A DNA stretch of 62,965 nucleotides, filler included, from Basidiobolus ranarum (GCA_040143965.1; 26 parts of 26 records of this genome joined end to end with filler, not necessarily neighbours in it), one strand, 5' to 3'. Positions 26,373-39,375 are shown, counted from the first letter of the whole stretch. Made by a program: numbers and translations. The notes: generated from the letters alone by a model not told the origin.

Positions 26373-26733
26373 ACTGTATGGTCCAGTAAAATCCCTCATT
26401 TTTAGCTTACACAACTCAATCAAGAGATTTTCAACAATTTAGGGTTAGAATGACTAGAAACAAAAATATCTGTGTATTGCCATTTTGCCATTTTTCAATA
26501 CAAAAAGGCAACTTGTAAAAAGAGGTTACTTTGTATGCTATTTGAATACATGTAATAAACGTCATATTTGACTCTGCTTCTTGACTTTCTAAGGATAGAA
26601 CTCTTGTTTCTGTAGAATGTCTGAAGCTTGCACNNNNNNNNNNNNNNNNNNNNNNNNNNNNNNNNNNNNNNNNNNNNTTAATTAATTAANNNNNNNNNNN
26701 NNNNNNNNNNNNNNNNNNNNNNNNNNNNNNNNN

Positions 26734-28643
26734 TTAGTTGTATTCAGATCACCAAGAATCCTGAGCATCACTCAAGGATGAAACATATTGACATAAGACA
26801 TCATTTTATACAAGAGAAAGTTCAAGACAAAGAAGTGAACTTTACTTAGTGCAATACTGAAAGCATGCTTGCAGATATACTAACAAAACCACTCAAAACT
26901 TCAAGCTTTTAGAAGTTAAGAGCAGGAATAGGCATTAGTGAATATAAGCACAATGCTGAATAAGAATTAAGGGAAGGTGTTGGATAATTAGTCTTTATTC
27001 AACATTATAGTTAACTTTAGTTATGATACATATATCAGAAACAGAAAGCAATGTATCTATAGCTTCTATATTTTAAATAGGAATCTATTTATATCTATAT
27101 AACAAGTATGTCTTATTACCCCCACTTATCTATTATATCTTATTACACAAACTCCTGAATATCTCAAACAATTGATATACTTTTCTACTATATAAGTCAC
27201 CATATACTCTTAAGAATAAAGTAACTGAAACACACTGTCATAAGCTGCTTCTAATACACAAAGTCTACCCCCATTATGTTGAGATCCTCCAACAGAAATG
27301 GTCCAATTATTAGACCTAATTGTTAAAGCTCATTGGGAGCATGTTGGATATGATTTTGAGAATTAGAGAAATAGGTGGTTCTCATTTATTGATTTATTGA
27401 GTTGAAAGTTGACATGTATAGCTTTGTCAGAATGTAAATAAAACAACATATAGAATGTGTTAAAAAAGGTCCCAAGAATATGTGTGCAACATCAAGGGCC
27501 TCTAGCACAAGTTTGAAAAATCCATATGTCTGAGGACTTCTAAGTTTATAAAAATATTCCAAGTCCATTCCAATTGAGAACAGTGGGTAATATTGTTGCA
27601 AGGTATAGAATATCCAAATACTAAGCTATATATGACTATACCGGTGCTTAGGCAAACTTTTGAATGTTGAATAATTAATTTATCTTTCACATTAAGACAT
27701 ATCATGTTGAAGGCACTTTCTCCTTTTTTAACATGGAGTAAGACTCTGGTTTGAGATAGTTTTGCATTGTTTTATTCTCCTACAATAGTATCCCAAAGTT
27801 CTTTTTCTAGCAGCAGCATTTTCATTTTGATTCTCCAAACTTAAAAATTGGTTCCATCCAATTTTTCAGAAGGGGGAAAAACTCCTTAAATTTGAGAAGT
27901 AAATATTACAAAAGTGCAAGTTTGGGGCTCATAACCTGTTAAAGTATTTGGGAGCCTGTTGGAAGTGGTTTGGAGAATTGGAGAAATTGGTGGTTTTCAC
28001 TCATTTTTTATTGAGTTGAAAGATGTCATTTATAATTTTTTCAAAATGTAGACACAATAACGTGTACCCTAATAAACATGAAATCAGATGTTCCGAACAC
28101 CATCCCAGTGTTAGTTTTCTGTATTTTCACCAAAATGTATAAATGCTTTATTTCTGGACAATAAATAATTATCTCACAAAGCTATTCACAGTCTCTTCTT
28201 TAAAGTTCCTCCAAACAGCCCATATTTTGCCAATAGGTTATGAGCCCTGTGTTCTAACCTATACAGCATGACAGAAATAACTACTACCACTTTTATTAAC
28301 TCAAGTGTTGAAAAGCTTGATGGAGTAAATTACAATTTCTGGAAGTTCAAGATGCACATCATGATGGAAGACAGGGAGCTTTGGGATGTTGTCTCAGGAG
28401 ATGAAAAGGAACCTTTTGACCCTACCTTACTGGAAGCTTACAAGAAAAGAGACAAGAAGGCCTTTAATGTCATTTGTCAAAGCTTGAAGGATTCACAACT
28501 TGTGAATATTCAATATGCAAGGACTTCCCATCAAGCTTTGACTATAGTGGAACAGTGTAGTGAAGCAAAGAGTCTTGCTAATAGACTCTTTCTCAGACCA
28601 AGATTCTTCAATATAAAGATGGAAAAGTCTGATAGCATGGTTA
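26734..28643. mobile_element. Nested copia debris: family D RNaseH end and LTR, family C LTR/gag (-), family A LTR/PBS/gag (28268-28643, +)
   Basis: HSRMKHIDIRHHF..MLADILTKPL; PBS copies at about 27925 and 28236. Confidence 0.88.
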
Positions 28644-28890
28644 CCCTAACAGAAATCTGAGGATTGTAATTGTAGGAAAACCGTCACAATTTTAATCCAT
28701 TTGGAATTGACTGATTACTTACCATCATAAAATTGTCAAGTTGGATTTGATTTTAATCAATTTTTTCAGTCTCAGGAGTGAAATTTCAAGATCTTGCAAA
28801 ATAGTTGCACACAATTGGCTAAAATCTCAGAGAACTATTGATCAACACATGTGTGAAAAACATAACTCAAATTTTACACAATTACCACTT
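28644..28890 (+). mobile_element. EnSpm-like element terminus (CCCTAACAGAAAT...) inserted into copia gag
   Basis: gag homology breaks exactly at 28643; sequence is the reverse complement of 46724-46971. Confidence 0.75.
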
Positions 28891-31585
28891 GTCATGATTC
28901 TGATCTTGGCATACTGATCCACTGCATATGGAACTCTTCTATTATTATATTATGACATCATATCTACTGTGCCATCCCTTCTTGGCAATGTGACGTCAGT
29001 TCATCCAGATTACGTTATATGGAAGTCATGTTCTTTGGAACATTCCATGAAACCTGACCNNNNNNNNNNNNNNNNNNNNNNNNNNNNNNNNNNNNNNNNN
29101 NNNTTAATTAATTAANNNNNNNNNNNNNNNNNNNNNNNNNNNNNNNNNNNNNNNNNNNNAGCTGCTAGTTAGCTTGAAGCTACTAGTGTTCTTGAATTGT
29201 TTATAAGCAATAGCTTGGCGTGTGGAGTCCAGGATATCTCTGGAAGATATTTCATTGATGGTTCACATTCAAGAGAATGAAATTTGAAAATAAACACTTG
29301 ACTTTAGATTTAAAATTTGGCCATGATATTTAATATGAACATTTGCCTGAGAAAAGAGGATAATCAAAATTGAGGTACGTCTTCTCACCTTTCAGTCATG
29401 ATTTTACAGTTTAATGAGAGATGTCGATTGCTTCATCTACTGTATGTAAAAGCATCGAGTAGATGATACCAAAAATTGTATTCAGCTAAGAATCAATTGT
29501 GATGCATTAAGCCTAGATTACTCAACAACGCAAATGACAGACTGAATGTAGAGCCCGATCTAAACTGGTATCATAGATTTCCTTACTCCTTAATAAGAGT
29601 GTCATTGAAGCATGGCATATTTTTGGTTGGCCAATAGTTTTACAAATGAATTTCGGTTTTGTCTAAAATCGGGAACTAACCAGTGTAATATTTCAAACTT
29701 GGCTATTACTTATTTTGGATTCACTTCCTCCTACCTCTTATATTATTTTGGCGCTATTTTAAATGCAGGTCTGCAGGCTCAAGCATAGATTCTATACATC
29801 TACCCATTTGAACAAGATTTAGAGTACTATAGGCATATGATGTTTATTCCCAGGCACAGCTTTTTAGTATGGAAATAGACATATTTGAAGATTTACTTTG
29901 CATACGTCCTACAAATATCGGCAGCAAAGTAGGGTTCAGTCTTATGCATTTCACCTTTGTTCCTGGCTATATTCATCTAACTCTTCAGCACTTTGAAGCC
30001 ATGATCGAATAGTTCTTGAAAAGTTACAATTAGGCACTGACTTGGATCCTCTTATCTTCAAGTGTTGAAAGAGTCAAGTGCGCGTGAAGTAACATATATA
30101 AATGTATATCCTGATCTATACTTTGCTATAGTCCTTGCGTTCGATGCCTTGCAGTACTGTAGACTGGTAAGAGGGTCAAGTTCAAGCTTATAAGTATGTT
30201 TATCATAATGTTCAGTAACTAGATTATTAGTATAGCATGGCGGTCACGCCATAACTTGTGCTAAACTTGAGATCTTTGGGACTATAGTTGAACTCATCTT
30301 TAAAGGTTAATTAAAATATAAGGGTAAGGTCTCAGATGAAATATATAGCTCCATCCTTGCATTAGCTTTAATGGATAATATCTCAGTTTCTACAATACTA
30401 CCGTTTCAACAAGCACCAGCGGTAACATCATCAACTGTTTGGATCCCTTCATGCCTGGCATTCGTTAAGTATCACTATTTATTCTCTGTGAGGCTCTAAA
30501 TATGGTAGATAGTAGCATATGCAACATGTGAAAGATAGTATACAACGAAGACAATATAAAAAGAACGTACGTTCTGTCACATATTTTCTTCATTTCGTAT
30601 TGTAACATCTCGGTGATTGACAGTAGACATTGAATAATCAAGCCATTATCAGATATCATCATAGAGAGGTAGCCACTCTCTGTTGTCTCGTAGCATTCAT
30701 ACTCTTGTTTATATTTTGTTCTGCTTCTTTCCTTTGTAACTCGAATATGAAATATTTTTCTAAAATATTGAAACTCACTACCTAACTATCCCCGTATTAG
30801 GTTGTTCATATTTGATGTTAATCACCTGCATATTTCTAAGATCAATTATCCACTCTGGATATAGTTTGTAGGAACGGAGTTGGTTTAAAACTTCCAAACT
30901 TGATCAGTGCACCCAAATTTTCATGACATTCACCCTAACATACTAAATGTCTTGCTCAAAAAGGAATTACAAACTAGTGATATTAACACGGGGCCCAAAT
31001 TCATATAATCTAGGGAAAACCTTCATATCCAAGTTAACATCAATCAGCTCAATATCACTATACCTGATTGTGGATTAGTTTGAAAAATCGATTATATATG
31101 CTCTGATTTTTAACAAAGTGAAACTTGCAATTTCAAGGGTATCCAAATTAACTTCAGGAGGGCTCATTTTACTATCACGGATATTCTGAACATACCTTCA
31201 TCCATTCTTTCAAAGTTGCCTTCAAAATATTAACTCTTTATTGTTTGTTAATTATAAATATATCTTGAATTCACAAGAACTGCCTTTCTTAAAACTACTT
31301 CCAAAATAACCCATGTTCTCTCATAAGATTATATGCATTTTGCAACTCCAATAGCAGGGCTATTTTAAATGCAACTGTTGGATAATTAATCTTTATTCAA
31401 CATCATAGTTAACTTTAGTTATGATACATATATCAGAAACAGAAAGCAATGTATCTATAGCCCCTATATTCTAAATAGGAATATCNNNNNNNNNNNNNNN
31501 NNNNNNNNNNNNNNNNNNNNNNNNNNNNNTTAATTAATTAANNNNNNNNNNNNNNNNNNNNNNNNNNNNNNNNNNNNNNNNNNNN

Positions 31586-32014
31586 CTGAAAACCTTTATC
31601 AGAATTCATATAAGTTGGTTCAACAACCATATTTAAAGTTTGGTTAGACTTGCCACAGTTTATGTTGTAATACCATTCCATATCATATTTGGATCTAATA
31701 AACATGGAAGTTTTTCCCGCTGTTATATTACATGGTAGCGGGTTATCTTTTATCATTGCACCTGTGTAGCCAATGATAACAAATCTTGTATCATCGGCGC
31801 CCCATATAATTCCCCCAGAATTCATAACAACAGGTTCACAATCTACACCAGTATTATTAGTATTGGTTGTGTACGAAACTTTTATGTTAGTTTTGGACTG
31901 AAAAATAATTGTCCATGATATAGTTACTATAAAAGATAAAATAAGTATAAGATATATTAAAACTTGATATTTTTTGGAAAAGGGTTTTGTAACGGGATAT
32001 TCAACCTGAAACAT
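31586..32014 (-). CDS. Intronless membrane-anchored protein (one N-terminal TM, Cys-containing C-terminal region), 3'-truncated; on a virus-like contig
   Basis: MFQVEYPVTKPF..LIYLILILSFIVTISWTIIF hydrophobic stretch; very AT-rich codons. Confidence 0.7.
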
Positions 32015-32149
32015 AATTTAAATATTAGCAAGGCTTTAGCGCAAATATAGTATTGTACCGCATATTATACATTATTAAAAATGGCATATTTCTTGTTTGA
32101 TTTAGATATCAAGTGTATACAGATCGACGAATAAATATTTAGAACAAAT

Positions 32150-33910
32150 TTATATATCGGAGAAAAAAAATAGGATGATAAGTTTATAAAAAGTTTAGAA
32201 TACTATATGGCCCAGATGCTATAATCACGAAACCGTATCAACAATTAGAGTTTGTAATCTCGGAGAAAAAAATATTTTCTTCACGAAGTTTAAAAAAGTT
32301 AAGTTATTGTATAGTCCAGTTGATATCACAATTTTAATATCACAGAAATAACTTTTGGAACGAAAAAGTTTCGAAAAGAGAAAATAATATTTTTTAAAAA
32401 GTTTAGAAAAATTTGGAACCAAGATACGAATTTGGTTTGGAATTAAGTTCGGAATTAAGATTTAATTCAAGTTCTAATTCGAGTTTAAAAAAAAATATTT
32501 TGCGAAATTATTTTTAAAAATTTGAGATCCAAGATGAAGTTTGGGTTTACAAAATAGTTAAATTAAGTTAGAACCAAAATCTAAATTTAGTTTGCGATAT
32601 AGTTTTAAATAAGATTTAATTCAAGTTTGAAAACTAATATTTTGGAAAAAAATATTTAAAAAAGTTTCGAACCAAGATATAAATCAAGTTCTAAATTAAA
32701 TTTGTTGCGAAGATAATATTTAAAAGTTTTAAACCAAGATCTAAATTAGGTTTAAAAGATTTAATTTGCGTAAAAGATTTAAAATAAATTATCGTTAAGT
32801 AAGAATTAAGAGTCGAAAGTATGAATTTGTAAAAAATTTAAAATAATTTCGTAAAGTCTAAAAGAGGATCTACAAAAGATTAAATTCGTAATAATTTTAA
32901 AATAACATTTCGTAAAGTTCGGATTAAGATTTAAAAATAAAATTCATACAAAAATTTAAAATAAATTATCGTTAAGTAAGAATTAGGGTTGAAAAATAAT
33001 TTTTGTAAAAGATAGAAAATATATTTCGTAAAGTCTGGAAGAAGATCTGAGAAAGATTAATTTGCGAAAAATTTAAAATAAATTATCGTTAAGTAAGAAT
33101 TAGGGTTGAAAAATAATTTTTGTAAAAGATTTAAAATATATTTCGTAAAGTTTGGAAGAAGATCTGAGAAAGATTAATTTGTGAAAAATTTAAAATAAAT
33201 TATCGTTAAGTAAGAATTAGGGTTTGAAAAATAAAATCCGGGAGAATTTAAAATAAAATTTCGTTGAGTAAGAATCTAGAGTTTGAAAGTTTGAATTAGG
33301 AAAGATCTAAAATAAATTCCGTAAAGTCTGAAATAAGAGTTGGAAATAGTTGATCCGTGAATAATTTAAAATAAAATATCGTTAAATAAGGATTTGGGTT
33401 TGAAAAAAACATTTTGCGGAGATTTAAAATAAATTTCGTAAAGTCTGGAAGAAGATCTACAAAAGGTTGAGTTCGTAAAGATTTGAAAGATAATTTCGTA
33501 AAGTCTGGAATTGGATCTAAATCAAGTTCTAATTCGAGTTTTAAAATAATATTTTGCGAAATAAATTTTTAAAAAGTTTTAGAAAAGTTTCGAACCAAAA
33601 TATAAATTTGGTTTTAAATTAAGATCTGACATCAAGTTATAGATCAAACTTTGTTGCGAAGATAAATTTAAAAAGGTTTCGAAAAGAGAAAATATAATTT
33701 AAAAAAGTTTATCCAGAGGACAAGAGGTTGGGTTTGGAAAAGTTTGATAGGATGGTTAGAAAAAAAGTTTATCCAGAGGACAAGAGTTTGGGTTAAGGTA
33801 AAGGAAAAATGGTTGGAGAAAAAGTTTATCCAGATGGCAAGAGGTTGGGTTAAGGTAAAGGAAAAAGGTTGGTCGAGAGTTTGGGGTACGGAGAAGTTTA
33901 ATCTAAGATT
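32150..33910. repeat. AT-rich, C-poor degenerate tandem array (about 58-bp monomers, about 117-bp dimers), same family as 41284-42340 and 55813-56920
   Basis: Repeated AAAATAAATTATCGTTAAGTAAGAATTAGGGTT and TTTCGTAAAGTCTGGAAGAAGATCT; AAAAAGTTTCGAACCAAGAT shared with the other two contigs. Confidence 0.9.
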
Positions 33911-34010
33911 NNNNNNNNNNNNNNNNNNNNNNNNNNNNNNNNNNNNNNNNNNNNTTAATTAATTAANNNNNNNNNNNNNNNNNNNNNNNNNNNNNNNNNN
34001 NNNNNNNNNN

Positions 34011-34095
34011 ACAATAATGTGCCGGTTCTCTGACGGGTTTGCTATTTCGGAGGGTGGATCCGATCCGGATCAAATCGATTTTATTTTTGTTAGGG
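34011..34095 (+). mobile_element. CpG-intact copy of the EnSpm element terminus
   Basis: GGATCCGATCCGGATCAAATCGATTTTATTTTTGTTAGGG; compare the CpG-decayed copies at 14231, 6314 and 50234. Confidence 0.75.
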
Positions 34096-34481
34096 TTAAA
34101 GGCACTTTATTCTTTTTTAACTTGGAGCAAAGTTTTGTTTCAGATAGGTTTACATTGTTTTCTTCTCCTACATCAGTGTACCAAAGTTCTTTTTCTTGCA
34201 GCAGCATTTTCATTTTAATTTTCCAAACTTGCTAATTGGTTCTATCCAGTTTTTCAGAAGAGGGAAAAGTTCAATAGGCTTGAGAAGTAAACATTACAGA
34301 GAGTGTAAGCTTGGGTTGCTTAGGCAATTCAAAATTCAACACTCTCCCTCAACTAAATAGTCATATAAACTAATCCTAATTAAGGTCTAAATTACTCAAA
34401 TTTCTGTCTAGCTGATGTTTTGGTTAATATATCAGCAATCATGTTTTCTATAGAACCATAAGTTAAGTCAATACACTAATG

Positions 34482-35350
34482 TTAATATTAGCATTGCCTA
34501 AGCACCTACTTAGTCATATATAGCTTAGTACTTATTTATCTTATATTTAATTAAGATATTATCCATCATTCTCAATTAGAACTTACTTAGAATATTTTTA
34601 CCAACTTAGAAGCTCTCAGATGTATAGATTTTCAAACTTGTGCTACAAGCCCTAAACTTTGCACACATGCTCCTGGGACCTTCCTTAACACATTCTACAT
34701 TTTACTTTGCTTACATTTTGACAAAGTAATAAGTGTCAGCTTGTTACTCATTAAATCAATAGGTGAAAACCACCAATTTGTCAAATTTTTGGAACTACTT
34801 CCAACAGGCTCCCAGGCTCCCAAACACTTTAACAGGCTATGAGCCCTGATCTTGGCCTCTCTGTAATGTCTACTTCTCAAATTTATGGAACTTTTCTCTC
34901 ATCTCAAAAAATAGATGGAATCAATTATCTAGTTTGGAAAATTAAATTGAAAATGCTGCTGCAAGAAAAAGAACTTTGGAATGCTGTTGTAGGAGAAGAA
35001 AAAATGTAAAACTATAGGAAACCAAAGCTTTACTCCTGGTTAAAAAAGAACAAAGTGCCTTTTACACATCTTGTCTTAATGTTAAAGACAAATTGCTAAT
35101 TCAATGTTCAATAGCTAAAACTGCCAAGAAGGTATGGAAAGACTTGAAAGACACCTACCAAACAAGTTCTGCTGCCAACAAGATGTTTCTAAGGAGGCAA
35201 TTCATGAACTTAAAGATGAAGCCAGGTGAAGACATTAAATCACTAATTAATAGTGTCACTATTTTAGTGGATGAAATGGAATGCATTGGAGTACCTTTTA
35301 CTGATCAAGATATCATAGTTACAGTCCCGGATAGCCTGCCACAAAAACAT
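34482..35350 (+). mobile_element. Copia family C LTR, PBS and gag relic
   Basis: GGCTATGAGCCC; IDGINYLVWKIKLKMLLQEKELW..ANKMFLRRQFMNLKM. Confidence 0.88.
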
Positions 35351-36148
35351 TATGGTGGGGTCGCACTGCTATCCACTGGCAGGTTGATTTATTTGCACTC
35401 CAAGCTCATATCATTTATATTGCATAATTTCCATTTTATAATCAATATTTGACTTAACCATATTTTCTGGCCAATCATATCACACCATTACTTTAATCAT
35501 CAACTATTTGAGATTTATCAATATTAACCGCATTAGCCCTATTATTTTCTGGAAAATTTAACAATATTTTGGAACATTTCACAAGATTTCTGGAATATTT
35601 GATGATTGGTTGATTTTGACCAATTTAAACTAGATTTTGCCACAATTCTCCATGACTTTCTGGATTATTCTACAACCTTCCAGAACATTCCACAGATTAC
35701 TAATCTTATAATTTCTGATGATATCATAACCCCAGATCCCCACCAATATAATTCCCTGGAACTTTCTGAAAATTCTTTTTCATAATCATTCCTACCAACA
35801 GAAAAGTATAAATAGGAGCCATATCTTTTCAAATAAAAATCATCCTAGTTTTCAACTAACAATTACTGTTGAAAGTCTGGTGACTTTTGGTACAAGCAGT
35901 AATTCCCAAAGAGGAAAATATAGAGTATGGTGACTGCATATGAACACAAAGTCTAAGGCCAATCTATTGCTTGTATAGCTGAAATGCCAAAGTACCATAC
36001 ATTGACAGACTAGGTTAAGGTTCCCTAGCCATATAGGCATCGCATACAAGGACTGGTAGCTCAGTGGTTAAAGCCCCTTGCTAGAGTGAAGGAGGTCCCA
36101 GGTTCAAATCCTGGCCAGACCAATATTTCTCCCTAAATAATTTCAACA
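35351..36148 (+). repeat. About 800-bp LTR-like segment (T[A]TGGTGGGG...TTTCAACA) directly followed by PBS and family A gag
   Basis: Interrupts family C gag at 35350; ends CAACA immediately before GGTTATGAGCCC (36149). Confidence 0.6.
36050..36122 (+). tRNA. tRNA-like (pseudo-tRNA) sequence inside the LTR; isotype unresolved
   Basis: 73 nt: GGACTGG/CCAGACC acceptor stem (one mismatch), A-box TAGCTCAGTGG, CCTT/AAGG anticodon stem, CCAGG-TTCAAAT-CCTGG T-arm with B-box. Confidence 0.75.
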
Positions 36149-36180
36149 GGTTATGAGCCCCATGTTCTAACCTTTATAGC

Positions 36181-36335
36181 ATGATAGAAACAACTACTAC
36201 CACTTTTATTAATTCAGGTGTTGAAAAGCTTGATGGAGAAAATTACAATTTCTGGAAGTTCAAGATGCAAATCATGCTGGAAGATAGGGAGCTTTGGGAT
36301 GTAGTCTCTGGAGATGAAAAGGAACCTTCTGACCC
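36181..36335 (+). pseudogene. Copia family A gag start (truncated by contig edge)
   Basis: KLDGENYNFWKFKMQIMLEDRELW. Confidence 0.9.
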
Positions 36336-38859
36336 NNNNNNNNNNNNNNNNNNNNNNNNNNNNNNNNNNNNNNNNNNNNTTAATTAATTAANNNNNNNNN
36401 NNNNNNNNNNNNNNNNNNNNNNNNNNNNNNNNNNNTTCTTCCAGCTATCTGGCAGATACCTTGCAATATTGTGCCACTCTGTATTAAGTTCTTCCTAGAT
36501 ATCTGCATGGTCAACACCAGACTGAATGTCAAGTTGAATGTTCTTCCTCTGAAGCCACTTTCTGCATACTTGCACTGCATCTTTCCCTTTATGCATTTGA
36601 AAATACTCCTCAAGCACTTTGACTATTTTTGTACATCCTTGTAGTGTGCCACTACTGATGGTGCATTATGGTGTTCTGCAGCTCTGATATTCAGAGTCTG
36701 TTGGTTTGCTGATTTTCCTAGGAGATTTCTACTTACATGTGCCCAAGCAATTTTGGGTTGTTGTGTAGGTTAAATAGTCCAACACATATTCTGCTCTGCT
36801 AGATTGTCATGGTGTAGTGTTGGATAGGGGTGTTAACTAAAATATTCAGTAATAAAGCTTAACCCCACTGAATTTTTAATACTGTAAGCTTAAAATACTG
36901 ACAGGGGATATATTCTTCACTCTATCTTTAAAGTGTGAAGACACACTTTAGTATGTCAACAGCCTGAAGACTTTATGAGAAAAGATTATTTCTGATAATA
37001 GAACTATCAGAATACTTCATACTACCAGGGTAGAAAAGACTCTGGTGGTTTCTCCAACTTGAAGTTTGAAGAAAAAGATATAGTTCTTTTGAGATTGGCA
37101 AAGACTTTTATTAAGAGTTGGATATATTCTATGGCTGTAAGAGTGAAGATAACTATGAAAGAATCTGTACTACAATCTTCAATAGTCAAGCCTAGTTGAG
37201 TTGCAATAGTAATCTTTATTATCTTACTATGATACAGGGCGGAATATCTAGTGAAGGAAAGGATAAAGAATATGGTGCAGTTTTGGATGGTGCTAAGGCT
37301 AGAAGCTTTTTCAATAGGGGTAAGCATTGCTTATATAAAGAAACAGCTTAGAGTAAATGCTATAAGTTGGTAGCTTAGCATCAAAGTGCCAATAAGATCA
37401 CTAATATAACAGGTGCAGCTTTGAAACTTTGAACACTTTAGCATCAAATACTGTTGCAGCTCTGTGCAAACTTTGAAGAGAACCCATTGGCTTGGTCAAA
37501 AGGTAGCGCTAATTTTGTGAGCATCTTGAGGTCCTTAATTCCTGTATTTTGAATATAGGCTAGTGTTGAATTTTGTGTTGGCAATTTTGAAATTGTTGTA
37601 GCTTCACCAAAAGTTGATCCAATCTTATGATTCTTGCATTGTTGCAAAGCTCTAACTAAGGAGTCTTGGATTGCAACTTGGGTTACCGCAATAAGTTAAG
37701 TATTGATGTGATAATGAGTAAATAAATATTCTTGTTCTTTTTCTTGATCTGTAAAATATTTTAAGATAGCAAAAGATAATATTCTTCCTACTTATTATGT
37801 GCAAGATATGATTGGAATATTTCCAGAACTATAACAGGGATGTTTGGATATATGGTGTTGGTTTGAATGAAATCCTATACAAGAATGGACAGAGGGAGCA
37901 GCATGCTGCTGTAGCTTAAGTACAGCATTCTTGTATCATTGTTGAGTGACTCTCTAACTGTTGACTAGTTGCTTCCAAAAACTGCATTAATTGCAATATT
38001 GCAGCATATTGCTTGTTATGGCCTGTATAGCAACTTCATAGCTTTTACTTATGATTGCATACAAATCATTATGGTGTTCTGCCTGTGATTCCCTTGTTGT
38101 AATAATTCTATAAAAATTTTTTATGGAGGGTTGTTCATTAGTGGGCAAAGTAGTCATTTTGGAAGTTGATGGTCTTGACAGTGTTTTGGTTGAACTTTGC
38201 TCTACTATTGAGTCACTACAGAATTGGGGGATTACAATCTCTTCACTTGCACTATTGATAGAAAGCAACACATCTGGTAAATTGAATAATGCTTCATCAT
38301 TACATGATTTAGTCCCCAGCATGTTAATGCCTTCCAAAGTGGATTGTGGATTGCTAGACTGCTCATCAGTTAAGTCCTTGGTTCTTGCTGGTTTTTTTGC
38401 CTTTGTGCCAGAAGGCTTTGGCTTGGAAGGCAATTTAGATTGATATTTTGAATGCTTTTTGAATGGCATTAAAGTTTACCAATGGCAAACCTGGTGTAAT
38501 GAAATTTCTTAGAAACAGCTTATAATGAAGCAAATTGCCATCCTTTACCAGAAATATCTTGTAAATCCCTTGATGACTCATCTGTGACACTATCTTGGAA
38601 TAAGCTGACAATATTGAGGGGCTATACCTAATATACCACCTTTACATAGGTGGTGTTCTTTTTTGTACAATATCCTTCTCATGCCAAAACACAAATGTTG
38701 AAAGAAGCCCTGCTATTATTGTCACATATTCTTGTGCTATGATAGCTGGAGGCTTCGTANNNNNNNNNNNNNNNNNNNNNNNNNNNNNNNNNNNNNNNNN
38801 NNNTTAATTAATTAANNNNNNNNNNNNNNNNNNNNNNNNNNNNNNNNNNNNNNNNNNNN

Positions 38860-39375
38860 AGTTCCGTATTACATCGTAACGTCAAGCCTAATATCCTTTC
38901 GTGCTTCGGTGACATCGCCTTAGCTATCGGTGGAAATTACGAATCTTACGTGAACATCTCCATGGGCATGCTACAACAAGCCTGCAGTATGACAGTTGTT
39001 CAGACAACTTCATACGATATGATTGATTATATCAATCAACTTCGGGAAGGTATCATCGAGGCTTACGTTGGTATTACTCAAGGCCTCAAGGCTGGGGACA
39101 AGATTGCATTGCTCCTTCCTCACCTTGAACACATCTTTGCCTTTATGGGCATGGTGTACAGTGATACCGAAAGAACAGAATCTATCACCAGAAGTATGAT
39201 CGGTTTACTCGGTGATCTTTCGGAAGCTTTCCCCAATGGTCAAATCAAACAGCTATTAAGTGCCAGTTGGATTGCTACATGCTTAAAGGAAGGTAGATCA
39301 AGTAGACATTCTTCCGCTAGCACTCGTGAGGTTGCTAAATGGGCAAGGGAGATGGTAAAACGCGCTTCAGCTTAA
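38860..39375 (+). CDS. KAP95: Importin beta-1 (karyopherin beta), C-terminal part, 5'-truncated
   Basis: LHRNVKPNILSCFGDIALAIGG..MIDYINQLREGIIEAYVGITQGLK..GLLGDL..AKWARE. Confidence 0.93.
   Translation, partial: SSVLHRNVKPNILSCFGDIALAIGGNYESYVNISMGMLQQACSMTVVQTTSYDMIDYINQLREGIIEAYVGITQGLKAGDKIALLLPHLEHIFAFMGMVYSDTERTESITRSMIGLLGDLSEAFPNGQIKQLLSASWIATCLKEGRSSRHSSASTREVAKWAREMVKRASA

Noticed and set aside
29160-31375. Possible gene or pseudogene
   Set aside because: There are some splice-like signals, but I could not build a coherent frame or recognise a motif.
34091-34099. piggyBac assignment from AGGG followed by TTAA
   Set aside because: The other five termini lack TTAA flanks, and the transposase is tnp2-type.
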